This document shows positions 19,712 to 28,789 of a DNA stretch of 64,000 bases, one piece after another. Made by a program: the position numbers and the translations under genes. The DNA is from an uncultured Acidobacteriota bacterium (GTDB lineage: Bacteria; Acidobacteriota; Blastocatellia; RBC074). The notes below the pieces were generated by a model. It searched no databases. It saw only the letters and a list, made by a program, of their open reading frames with translations, and was not told the DNA's origin. The DNA lies in contig CAWCKY010000006.1 of assembly GCA_963796275.1 (NCBI GenBank), positions 2,400,001 through 2,464,000 on the forward strand, given 5' to 3'. Within the stretch, counting starts at the first letter, position 1, and the number at the start of each line of letters is the position of its first letter.

Positions 19712-21817
19712 ATGAAAAAACAAGAAAGATATCTTCTCGGTTTTTGGCTTCTGGCCGTCATTTCGGTGTCGGCGGCACATATCCTCGCGCAATCGCCTGC
19801 GCCGCTGCGCCCGCCAGCCACGCCGCTCATCACCCACGACCCCTACTTCAGCGTCTGGTCAATGAATGACACGCTGACTGCGGAACCGACGAAACACTGG
19901 ACGGGCAGCGAACAGCCGTTGACGGGACTCGCGCGGATTGACGGCACGACCTACCGCTTTATGGGTGTGTCGCCGCGCTGGGCTGAGCCGGCCATCCAGC
20001 CGATGAAGCAGGTCGGCTTTCAACTGACTCCGACACGCACGATCTACAGCTTCGAGCAGGGAGGTGTGCGGCTCGATTTCACTTTCCTGACGCCGGCTTT
20101 GCCGCAGGACCTGGAAGTTTTGTCGCGCCCGGTGACGTATTTGATAGGGGAAGTGCGCGCGACCGATGGCAGGGAGCACAAGGTCAAGCTCTATCTCGAC
20201 GCTACTTCGCATCTGGTCGTCAACCGGGTCGAGGATCGCGCGATGTGGTCGCGCCATCGCGTCGGCGACCTGGAGGTGGCGCGCCTGGGCAGTCTCAGTC
20301 AGAACGTTCTCAGCAAATCGGGCGACGATCTGCGGATTGACTGGGGCCATCTTTACCTGGCCGCGCCGCCGCAGAAAGCCAAAGTCGCGACGCTCGGAAC
20401 GACGACCCACGAGCGCGGGCGTTACGCCAATAGTCTGTCGCTTCCTGAACCGCAAGATCTGGAACTGCCCACGCACACCTCACGGTTGACCCCGCTCATC
20501 GCTCTGACGCTCGATCTCGATCAGGTAGGAGCGACGCCCGTGACAGCCAACGCGATGATCGCGTATGACGATCAATTTTCTATTGAGTATTTCCACCGCA
20601 AGCTGAGGCCTTACTGGCGGCGCAACAATCGCACGGGCGCGGCGGACTTGCTGAAAACCGCGGCGCGCGATTTTTCTTCGCTGAAAGAACGCTGCGAAAA
20701 ATTCGACGCCGAGCTGACGGCTGATTTAGTGAAGGCGGGCGGCGAGAAATACGCGGCGCTCAGTATTGCGGCTTATCGGCAAACGCTCGCAGCGCACAAG
20801 CTCGCGGCGGATTTCGACGGCACGCCGCTCTACTTCTCGAAGGAGAATTTCTCGAACGGCTGCATCGCCACGGTGGACGTGACTTATCCGAGCGCGCCGT
20901 TTTACCTGCTGCTCAACCCGCAACTGCTCAAGGCGATGTTGCGGCCCATGCTCGATTATGCGCAATCGCCGCGCTGGCCGTGGCCTTACGCGCCGCACGA
21001 TCTCGGCACGTACCCGCTGGCGAACGGGCAGGTCTACGGCGGCGGCGAAGAGACCGAAGACCGGCAGATGCCCGTCGAGGAGAGCGGCAACATGCTGATT
21101 CTGATGGCCGCGCTGGCCGAAGCCGAAGGCGCTGCGGAGTTCAGCAAACGGTACTGGCCGCTGCTGAAAAAGTGGGCGGGATATCTGAAAGAAAAAGGTC
21201 TCGATCCCGACAACCAACTCTGTACGGACGATTTCGCCGGGCATCTGGCGCACAACACCAATCTCTCGATTAAGGCGATCGTCGCGCTGGCGAGCTACGC
21301 GCGGTTGGCCGCGCAGCTGGGCGAGAAGAATGAGGCAGCGACGTACCAGACGCTGGCGCAACAGATGGCTGGGCAATGGGCTAAGATGGCTGATGATGGC
21401 GATCATTACCGCCTGGCGTTCGACAAAGCGGGCACGTGGAGCCAGAAATACAATCTGGTCTGGGACAAACTGCTGCGCTTGAATTTGTTTGCGCCAGAAG
21501 TAGTGCGCAAAGAGATCGCATACTACAAAACCAAGCAGAACGAATTCGGTTTGCCGCTCGACAACCGCTCGACCTATACAAAACTCGATTGGATTTTGTG
21601 GACCGCGACGCTGGCGGATAATCAGAGTGATTTCACCGCCATCGCTGCCCCCGCTTACAAATTCGCCAACGAATCGCCCACGCGCGTGCCGCTGTCCGAT
21701 TGGTACTGGACACAGGACGGCAAACAACGCGGCTTTCAGGCCCGGTCGGTGGTGGGCGGCATATACATCAAACTTCTGGCGGACGAGTCTATGTGGAAGA
21801 AATGGCGCACGCGCTGA
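19712..21817 (+). CDS. GtaA 'glutaminase A'-like / DUF4965-DUF5127-type secreted protein
   Basis: Signal peptide from ATG 19712; RPPATPLITHDPYFSVW, SKENFSNG..TVDV, APHDLGTYP, MPVEESGNM, TDDFAG, WSQKYNL, ARSVVGG. Confidence 0.85.
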   Translation: MKKQERYLLGFWLLAVISVSAAHILAQSPAPLRPPATPLITHDPYFSVWSMNDTLTAEPTKHWTGSEQPLTGLARIDGTTYRFMGVSPRWAEPAIQPMKQVGFQLTPTRTIYSFEQGGVRLDFTFLTPALPQDLEVLSRPVTYLIGEVRATDGREHKVKLYLDATSHLVVNRVEDRAMWSRHRVGDLEVARLGSLSQNVLSKSGDDLRIDWGHLYLAAPPQKAKVATLGTTTHERGRYANSLSLPEPQDLELPTHTSRLTPLIALTLDLDQVGATPVTANAMIAYDDQFSIEYFHRKLRPYWRRNNRTGAADLLKTAARDFSSLKERCEKFDAELTADLVKAGGEKYAALSIAAYRQTLAAHKLAADFDGTPLYFSKENFSNGCIATVDVTYPSAPFYLLLNPQLLKAMLRPMLDYAQSPRWPWPYAPHDLGTYPLANGQVYGGGEETEDRQMPVEESGNMLILMAALAEAEGAAEFSKRYWPLLKKWAGYLKEKGLDPDNQLCTDDFAGHLAHNTNLSIKAIVALASYARLAAQLGEKNEAATYQTLAQQMAGQWAKMADDGDHYRLAFDKAGTWSQKYNLVWDKLLRLNLFAPEVVRKEIAYYKTKQNEFGLPLDNRSTYTKLDWILWTATLADNQSDFTAIAAPAYKFANESPTRVPLSDWYWTQDGKQRGFQARSVVGGIYIKLLADESMWKKWRTR

Positions 21818-21932
21818 TGTTGGATAAGATGGCATCCTTACAAATCCGATTTCGCAAAACCTGCATGCAATAGGTGGTGGTCCATATTGATCAGCCGCCA
21901 GTGATCGTGAGATGGCTCAAGCCCGATGAACA

Positions 21933-21991
21933 AGCCCGTTGAAAACGGGCTGGGGATATATCCTTCACGCTACCAGCCGTCGAACGGCTGG
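21933..21991. repeat. REP-like palindrome doublet
   Basis: AGCCCGTT-GAA-AACGGGCT (21933-21951) and CCAGCCGT-CGA-ACGGCTGG (21973-21991). Confidence 0.65.
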
Positions 21992-21997
21992 ACTATT

Positions 21998-22196
21998 GTT
22001 ACCGTGTCATAAAATTCTCGAATTTCCTTGGAAATTCGCATATGCGATCTGTGTACCGCGCTGAGATGGTTGAGCCTTTGGAGTGCGGTAGCAAGCAAGC
22101 AAGCTACCGCACTCTAAAAGGCTCCGCCATCCTTTGAATATCAGTTGAACTTCGCTTGATTTCCTAAGAAACCGAGTAGTTTTGTGACACATTAGC
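21998..22196. mobile_element. MITE-like element family B (199 bp) with central REP-like hairpin
   Basis: Left end GTTACCGTGTCATAAAATTCTCGAATTTCCTTGGAAAT; right end reverse complement GCTAATGTGTCACAAAACTACTCGGTTTCTTAGGAAAT. Flanking direct repeat ACTATT (21992-21997 and 22197-22202). Internal hairpin GAGCCTTTGGAGTGCGGTAGC...GCTACCGCACTCTAAAAGGCTC (22072-22124). Confidence 0.72.
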
Positions 22197-22238
22197 ACTA
22201 TTCGCCTTGCGAGAAAGCCCGGTCGAAAATCTGAATTG

Positions 22239-22441
22239 GGTACTCCAACGGGATTTTTGAAAATGTGTATTAAAAGACCTCTTCAGAGGCTGAAGTGAAG
22301 TCAGTACCGCGAGCGGTAGCGAGCGGCCTCAATATAAAGCGCGCTCGCTACCGCTCGCGGTACTGATCCAGCGACCCTTTTTGACGGCTAATCGCCAACG
22401 CCTTTGTTTTTACCGGTTTCAAAAATCAGCTATGGAGTACC
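22239..22441. mobile_element. MITE-like element family A, copy 1 (203 bp) with central REP doublet
   Basis: TIRs GGTACTCCAACGGGATTTTTGAAA and (revcomp) GGTACTCCATAGCTGATTTTTGAAA. Exact 8-bp TSD CTGAATTG (22231-22238, 22442-22449). Perfect 25-bp inverted arms 22301-22325 and 22342-22366. Confidence 0.9.
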
Positions 22442-22522
22442 CTGAATTGTCGGACCCATAAGAAGTGGGTACTGACAAGGATTACGTCTAGCCCCACGAT
22501 AAAACCCAGGAAGACAAGCATC

Positions 22523-25500
22523 GTGAAACAACTCCCCCTTTTGATCGCTGTCGTTCTGCTATATTGCGCCGTTGGCGTATGCCTCGCGCAGGAGTCTCGC
22601 GCAGTCGTGCTGGGTCGCGTGATCGACGCTTCGGGCGCGGCTGTGGCGGGCGCGAAGGTCATCGCACAAAGCCTGGATACCGGCGTCATTACCTCATCAG
22701 TCTGCAATGAAGAAGGTGGTTATCAGATCAACTACCTGCAACCAGGACCTTACCAAATCTCGGTTGAGGCCGATGGTTTCAAGCGAGTTTCGCGCGATTC
22801 GGTCGATGTGCGCGTCGGCGATCGGTTAGCGCTGGATTTCACACTCGAAGTCGGCGCGGTCTCAGAGACGGTCACCGTCACATCCGAAGCGCCGCTGCTC
22901 GACACGACCTCCGCCTCATCGGGGATGGTGATTGACGGCAAACGAGCGGCGGAACTGCCGGTCGTCGGAGGCAATTCCTTCTATCTTTCGCGGCTTTCGC
23001 CCGGCGTGATGACCGCAGGCGGGCGCTCCGGCGCTAACGCCTTCGATTACGGGGCCGGAAGCAATCTGATCGGCAACGGTTCGAGATCGGGGACGAGCGA
23101 AGTCACGCTGGATGGCTCGCCCAATATGTTCGAGCGCAGCACAAGTTTCTCGCCGCCGCAGGATCTGGTCGCGGAATTTAAAATTCAAACGATCTCTTAC
23201 GACGCTTCCATCGGCCACGCCAGCGGGGCGCTGACCAACGTCAGCGTCAAATCAGGCACCAGGGATTTGCACGGCACGGTTTATATGAACGATTCGCGGC
23301 TGCGCGCGATTCCATGGCACACCAACCGCTTTATTGGTCAACTGCTGGCCGCGCCCGGCGCGAAGGAAGATGAGATTCGCGCGCGTAACGTGCCGACCTG
23401 GCTGCATCAACGTTGGGGGGCCACGGCGACCGGGCCGGTCATCATACCCAAACTTTACAACGGGCGGCAGAAGACTTTCTGGAGTTTCGGCTATGAGGGG
23501 TTGAAGATCGAACGCAACCTTTCATTCACCGGCACGGTTCCGACCGAACAGCAACGCGACGGCAATTTTTCGGATCTGCTCAAGCTGGGCGCGTCTTATC
23601 AGATTTACGATCCGTTCACGATCCAGCCAGCGGCGGGCGGACGTTTCAGTCGTCAACCGATAGAGGGAAATATCATTCCGTCGAATTGCATTGACCCGGT
23701 GGCGAAAATGATCTTGGCGTTCTACCCGATGCCGAATCAGCCGGGCACGGCGGATGGCCGCCAGAATTATTTCACGACGCAGAAAATTGACCGCAGCAAT
23801 CACAACTTTCTGGCGAGGGTGGATCACAACTTCAACGAGAATCATCGCCTGTTCGTGCGCTACACGCAGAATAATCAGTATGACACGACGGTGCAGTTCG
23901 AGGGCGGGGCGACCGGCACGACCGCCGAGCAGCCTGGGCGCGGCATCGCGGTAGACGATGTCATCACCTTTAGCCCGACACTCGTGCTCAATCTGCGTTA
24001 CAGCCTGTCGCACCAGACGCCTATTCAAGGCAGATTGACGCGCGGGTTCGATCTGCTTTCCTTGGGGTTCCCGCAAGGCATGATCAACGAGATCAATGCG
24101 AAGAACGATCCGACCCGTATCAGTTTTCCCGAGATCAACATCGACGACTACATGGCGATTGGGCAGGATGGCGGCGGATCGCGCTCAATCTACTACCACG
24201 TCTTCGGCGGTACGGCGACGAAGGTCATCGGCAATCACAGTTTGAAAATCGGCGCCGAATATCGCTTGCAGCGCGAGAACGGTTTCGGCTTCGGCAACGT
24301 CGCGCCCACCTTCACGTTCGCCGAAGCGTTTACGCGCGGACCGCTCGACAATTCGCCGGTTGCGCCGATCGGGCAAGGGCTGGCGAGTTTTTTGCTAGGT
24401 GTGCCTACGAGCGGCTCGGTGAACATCAACGCCGCGCGCTCCCAGCAATCCGATTTTTACGGAGTGTTCCTCCACAACGATTGGCGAGTGAACCAGCGGC
24501 TTACCCTGAATCTCGGCGTTCGTTACGAATACGAGGGTGCGCCGACCGAACGATTCAACCGTTCGATTCGTGGATTCGACACGACGGTGGAGAGTCCGAT
24601 TGCAGCGCAGGCCCTGACCAATTACGGCGCCGACCCGATTCCCGAACTCCCGGTCGAAAACTTCCGAACTTTGGGCGGCTTGAACTTCGCGGGTGTCAAC
24701 GGCAACCCGCGTGGGCTGTGGAAGCCGGACAGGAACAACATCATGCCGCGCATCGGGCTGGCCTGGTCTCTGAATCAGAAGACCGTGATCCGCGCCGGCT
24801 TCGGCGTCTATTTCGACACAATCGGCGTGGATCGCGAAGACGTGAACCAGGGCGGATTCAATCAATCCACCAATTTTATTCCGACGCTGGATAACGGACA
24901 GACCTACATTGCCTCTCTATCCAATCCATTCCCGAACGGCTTCCAGACGCCGCCCGGCGCGTCGCAGGGCTTGCGGACATCTCTGGGGCGTAACATCAGT
25001 TACTTTCAGGGAGAGCCGCTCAATCCATATCTGTCGCGCTGGTCGTTATCTGTTCAGCGCGAATTGCCCGGCAAGCTAGTGGCGGAGATCACTTACGTCG
25101 GCAGCCGCGGCAACAAGCTGGGCGTTGATCGCAATATCAACCCCGTGCCGCGCCGGTATCTCTCGACCAGCTCGGTACGCGATGACGCAAGGTTCAACTT
25201 ACTGAGCTCGCTGGAGAGCAACCCGTTCTTCGGCATCGCCGATTTCGCGGGAACGCCGCTGGGGAATCAAAATGTCGCGCGTTCGCAGCTTCTACGCCCG
25301 TTTCCGCACTTTCAAGACATCATCGTCACTGAATCTATCGGCTATAGCTGGTATCACTCGATGCAGGTCGGCATGGAGAAAAGGCTGACCAAAGGGCTGA
25401 CGTTCCAGGCGTCGTACACCTGGTCAAGGTTGATGCAGGCGACCGAGTTTCTGAACGACGCTGATCTGGGGCCTTCCGAAGTTGTCTCGGGTCAGGATTA

Positions 25501-26077
25501 TCCGCACCGATTCGCGCTGAACGGCATTTATGAATTGCCCTTCGGCAAAGGGCGCAAGTGGTTGGGCGACGCGAACCGTTGGCTGGATCTGGCCATCGGC
25601 GGATGGCAGTTCCAGGGTTGGTATGAAGGACAGAGCGGCGAGGCGCTGGGATTCGGCAACGCGATTGTACATGGCAATCTGCGCGATCTTGTCCTGCCCG
25701 TCGGCGAGCGCACGACCGACCGCTGGTTAAATCTGGAGGCGGCCAACCGCATCTTCGAGCGAGCCCAGGCGAAGCAATTCATCGCCAACAGCAACACCCT
25801 CAGAGCCACCAATACCACCAACATCCGCACGCTTCCGCTGCGCTTTGGTTACATCCGAGCAGATGGGACGAACAACTTCGACCTGTCTTTGTTCAAGAAC
25901 GTCCGCCTGACCGAACGCTTTAGAATGCAATTTCGCGCTGAGAGCTTCAACGCGATCAACCACGTGCAATTCGCCAACCCGAACACCGATCTGACGAACA
26001 CAGCCTTCGGCACCATAACGGGCGAAAAAGGGCACGGGCAGCGGCAATGGACGTTCGGGCTTAAGCTGCTTTTCTGA
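22523..26077 (+). CDS. TonB-dependent receptor, Acidobacterial Oar-like (carboxypeptidase-regulatory-like N-domain)
   Basis: 1184 aa; signal peptide, GRVIDASGAAVAGA, plug (EFKIQTISYDASIG), DWRVNQRLTLNLGVRYEY, FRAESFN, C-terminal FGLKLLF. Confidence 0.95.
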   Translation: MKQLPLLIAVVLLYCAVGVCLAQESRAVVLGRVIDASGAAVAGAKVIAQSLDTGVITSSVCNEEGGYQINYLQPGPYQISVEADGFKRVSRDSVDVRVGDRLALDFTLEVGAVSETVTVTSEAPLLDTTSASSGMVIDGKRAAELPVVGGNSFYLSRLSPGVMTAGGRSGANAFDYGAGSNLIGNGSRSGTSEVTLDGSPNMFERSTSFSPPQDLVAEFKIQTISYDASIGHASGALTNVSVKSGTRDLHGTVYMNDSRLRAIPWHTNRFIGQLLAAPGAKEDEIRARNVPTWLHQRWGATATGPVIIPKLYNGRQKTFWSFGYEGLKIERNLSFTGTVPTEQQRDGNFSDLLKLGASYQIYDPFTIQPAAGGRFSRQPIEGNIIPSNCIDPVAKMILAFYPMPNQPGTADGRQNYFTTQKIDRSNHNFLARVDHNFNENHRLFVRYTQNNQYDTTVQFEGGATGTTAEQPGRGIAVDDVITFSPTLVLNLRYSLSHQTPIQGRLTRGFDLLSLGFPQGMINEINAKNDPTRISFPEINIDDYMAIGQDGGGSRSIYYHVFGGTATKVIGNHSLKIGAEYRLQRENGFGFGNVAPTFTFAEAFTRGPLDNSPVAPIGQGLASFLLGVPTSGSVNINAARSQQSDFYGVFLHNDWRVNQRLTLNLGVRYEYEGAPTERFNRSIRGFDTTVESPIAAQALTNYGADPIPELPVENFRTLGGLNFAGVNGNPRGLWKPDRNNIMPRIGLAWSLNQKTVIRAGFGVYFDTIGVDREDVNQGGFNQSTNFIPTLDNGQTYIASLSNPFPNGFQTPPGASQGLRTSLGRNISYFQGEPLNPYLSRWSLSVQRELPGKLVAEITYVGSRGNKLGVDRNINPVPRRYLSTSSVRDDARFNLLSSLESNPFFGIADFAGTPLGNQNVARSQLLRPFPHFQDIIVTESIGYSWYHSMQVGMEKRLTKGLTFQASYTWSRLMQATEFLNDADLGPSEVVSGQDYPHRFALNGIYELPFGKGRKWLGDANRWLDLAIGGWQFQGWYEGQSGEALGFGNAIVHGNLRDLVLPVGERTTDRWLNLEAANRIFERAQAKQFIANSNTLRATNTTNIRTLPLRFGYIRADGTNNFDLSLFKNVRLTERFRMQFRAESFNAINHVQFANPNTDLTNTAFGTITGEKGHGQRQWTFGLKLLF

Positions 26078-26133
26078 AATTTGCCGCGCTTATGTGATTG
26101 GCGAAACGCGCGCTTAATAGATATGACAAAAGG

Positions 26134-27099
26134 ATGAGCATGAGAAGAAGAATTGTCTGGCTGATTGCGGTTCTCTGGCTGTGTTGGGCGTCGGTTGGCG
26201 CTGGCGGGCAAAAACGTCCGGCGGGTCTGCATACCTTCAATTTGCAAAGCCCAAAAGACCTGAAAGATTTGTTGTCTTACGGCAAAGACCGCGTACCTAT
26301 GGTCAGCGCACATCGCGGCGGGGCGCGCAAAGGGTTCCCCGAAAACTGCATCGCTACGTTTGAAAACACGTTGCGCTCTACGCATGCACTGCTGGAAGTC
26401 GATCCACGGTACACGAAAGACGGCACGATTGTGTTGATGCACGACGCCACATTGGAACGCACCACGACGGGGCAGGGAAATGTGGCTGATTACACGCTGG
26501 CGCAATTGAAGGAATTACGGTTGAAAGATCCGGAAGGCGCCGTCACGGAATATCGCATCCCGACGCTGGATGAAGCGTTGGAGTGGGCGAAAGGGAAAAC
26601 GGCGCTGGTGCTGGATCAAAAGACGGTTCCGATGGAAGTCAGAGTGAAAAAGATTCGGGAGCATCAAGCGCAGGCCTACGCGCTGGTGATCGCCTATAGC
26701 TTTGATGACGCCAAGCGTTGTTACGAATTGGACGCGGAGATAATGCAGGAGGTCATGCTGCCTGATCGAGCGGCGGTCGACAGATTCGCCCGCACTGGCG
26801 TCGCCTGGAGCAATGTCGTCGCTTTTGTGACGCACACCCAGCCGAAGGAGCCGGACGTTTTCCAGTTGCTGCACGAGCGAGGCGTGCTGTGCATCGTCGG
26901 CGTTTCGCGCACTCTGGACCGCGATTTCGCCGCGGAAAAAATCGCTGACCGCCGGTTGCTCACGGAAAGATATCAAGACCTGATCCGCGCCGGCGTTGAT
27001 ATTCTCGAAGCGGATTTAGGCATTGAAGCGGGACAGGCACTGCAACCTATCCTTCCCGGAAACAACCGGCAGCGCAAATATCTACGGGCGCCTGAATGA
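26134..27099 (+). CDS. Glycerophosphodiester phosphodiesterase (GDPD) family
   Basis: SAHRGG, PENC, EVDPRYTKDG..VLMHD.TLERTT, IPTLDE. Signal peptide from ATG 26134/26140. Confidence 0.92.
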   Translation: MSMRRRIVWLIAVLWLCWASVGAGGQKRPAGLHTFNLQSPKDLKDLLSYGKDRVPMVSAHRGGARKGFPENCIATFENTLRSTHALLEVDPRYTKDGTIVLMHDATLERTTTGQGNVADYTLAQLKELRLKDPEGAVTEYRIPTLDEALEWAKGKTALVLDQKTVPMEVRVKKIREHQAQAYALVIAYSFDDAKRCYELDAEIMQEVMLPDRAAVDRFARTGVAWSNVVAFVTHTQPKEPDVFQLLHERGVLCIVGVSRTLDRDFAAEKIADRRLLTERYQDLIRAGVDILEADLGIEAGQALQPILPGNNRQRKYLRAPE

Positions 27100-28460
27100 C
27101 GAGGGTTGAAACATTTATGAAAACCATCACGCTTATTATTTTGCTTCTGGTCTTGAGCATCTTATCGCCTCTCACGATGGGTGCGCAGACAGACGCCAAA
27201 CCGAACATCATATTCATCCTCGCCGATGATCTGGGCTGGGGCGATCTGGGCTGTTACGGCTCAGACAAAATCAAAACGCCCAACATTGACCGATTGGCGG
27301 CGGAAGGCATGCGCTTCACGTCGGCGTATAGCGGCACGTCGGTCTGTGCACCTTCGCGCGCGGCGCTTATGACAGGGTTGCATATGGGACATAATCCGAT
27401 TCGTGCCAACCGCGAAGTCAAACCCGAAGGTCAGGCGCCGCTGCCTAACGGAACCGTCACCGTCGCGCAGTTGCTGAAAGATGCCGGATACAAAACGGCG
27501 ACCATCGGTAAATGGGGACTGGGCTTTCCGGGTTCAGGCAGCGAGCCGACCGACCGCGGATTCGATTTCAACTATGGTTACAACTGCCAGCGCGAAGCCC
27601 ATCATTATTACCCCAAACATCTCTGGCGCAACAAAGAACGGGTCGAACTCGACGGCAAAACCTATTCGCACAATCTGATCGCGGGCGAGGCGATTAAATG
27701 GGTGCAGGCCAATGCGGCGCAACCTTTTTTCCTCTATCTGGCCTTCACTATTCCGCACGCGCAATACGAAACGCCGGACTTGGGGATTTACGCCGACCAG
27801 CCGTGGCCAGACGTCGAAAAGCGCGTCGCCGCGATGGTCTCGCGCATGGATCGGTCAATCGGTCAGTTGCTCGACGCGCTCAAGCAGACGGGCGCCGACC
27901 GCAATACGTTGATTTTCTTCGCCAGCGACAACGGCGCGATGGGGTCAAACGACGGTCATCAGATGGAGTTTTTCAACAGCAACGGTCCGTGGCGCGGTTT
28001 CAAGCGCAGCATGTATGAAGGCGGATTGCGCGTTCCCGCCATCGCCTGGTGGCCCGGCAAAATCAAAGCCGGACAGGTCAACGATACTCCATGGGCGTTC
28101 TGGGATTTTCTGCCGACGGCAGCGGATGTCGCGGGCGCGAAGCTACCGCCCTCATTCAAAACAGACGGGCTCTCCATCAAACCGTTGTTGCTCGGCAAAC
28201 GACTGGCGAAACGCGAATACCTGTACTGGGAGTTGCACGAACGTTACTTTCAACAGGCGCTGCGCATGGGCGATTGGAAAGCGGTGCGGCCGTCCGTCAA
28301 TCAACCGGTTGAGTTATACGACCTGAAGACCGACCCGGCGGAGACGCGCGACGTGGCTGCGCGGTATCCCGCGCTGGCACAGAAAATGATTGAGTTGATG
28401 CAGTCAGCGCGAATCGATTCGCCAGACTGGCCGATCAAAGCGCCGCCTGAGAGGAGATGA
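27096..28460 (+). CDS. Arylsulfatase (S1)
   Basis: PNIIFILADDLGWGD, CAPSR, GKWGLG, IPH, SDNG. ATGA overlap with the GDPD stop; alternative start 27117. Confidence 0.95.
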   Translation: MTRVETFMKTITLIILLLVLSILSPLTMGAQTDAKPNIIFILADDLGWGDLGCYGSDKIKTPNIDRLAAEGMRFTSAYSGTSVCAPSRAALMTGLHMGHNPIRANREVKPEGQAPLPNGTVTVAQLLKDAGYKTATIGKWGLGFPGSGSEPTDRGFDFNYGYNCQREAHHYYPKHLWRNKERVELDGKTYSHNLIAGEAIKWVQANAAQPFFLYLAFTIPHAQYETPDLGIYADQPWPDVEKRVAAMVSRMDRSIGQLLDALKQTGADRNTLIFFASDNGAMGSNDGHQMEFFNSNGPWRGFKRSMYEGGLRVPAIAWWPGKIKAGQVNDTPWAFWDFLPTAADVAGAKLPPSFKTDGLSIKPLLLGKRLAKREYLYWELHERYFQQALRMGDWKAVRPSVNQPVELYDLKTDPAETRDVAARYPALAQKMIELMQSARIDSPDWPIKAPPERR

Positions 28461-28539
28461 CCAAACGGTTTATAGAGGCGGCACCGACGGGGTCTTTGTT
28501 TGCGCCGTCGATATTTGCTGCCTAATAGGCCGCATACAC

Positions 28540-28742
28540 GGTACTCCCAACGGGATTTAAACTTTTGCATTTAAAAGACCTTCAGAGGCTGAAGCGAAGT
28601 CAGTACCGCGAGCGGTAGCGAGCGGCACCTCATATAAAGCCCGCTCGCTACCGCTCGCGGTACTGATCCTGCGATCCATTTTGGCGGCAAATTGCCAAGG
28701 CTTTTGTTTTCACCGGTTTCAAAAACCAGCTAATGGAGTGCC
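28540..28742. mobile_element. MITE-like element family A, copy 2 (203 bp)
   Basis: Colinear and diverged relative to 22239-22441. Ends GGTACTCC...GGAGTGCC. Exact 8-bp TSD GCATACAC (28532-28539, 28743-28750). 26-bp inverted arms 28600-28625 and 28641-28666. Confidence 0.9.
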
Positions 28743-28789
28743 GCATACACCATGAAGTGATCAAAATGAAGAGATGGTAAGGGGGAACC

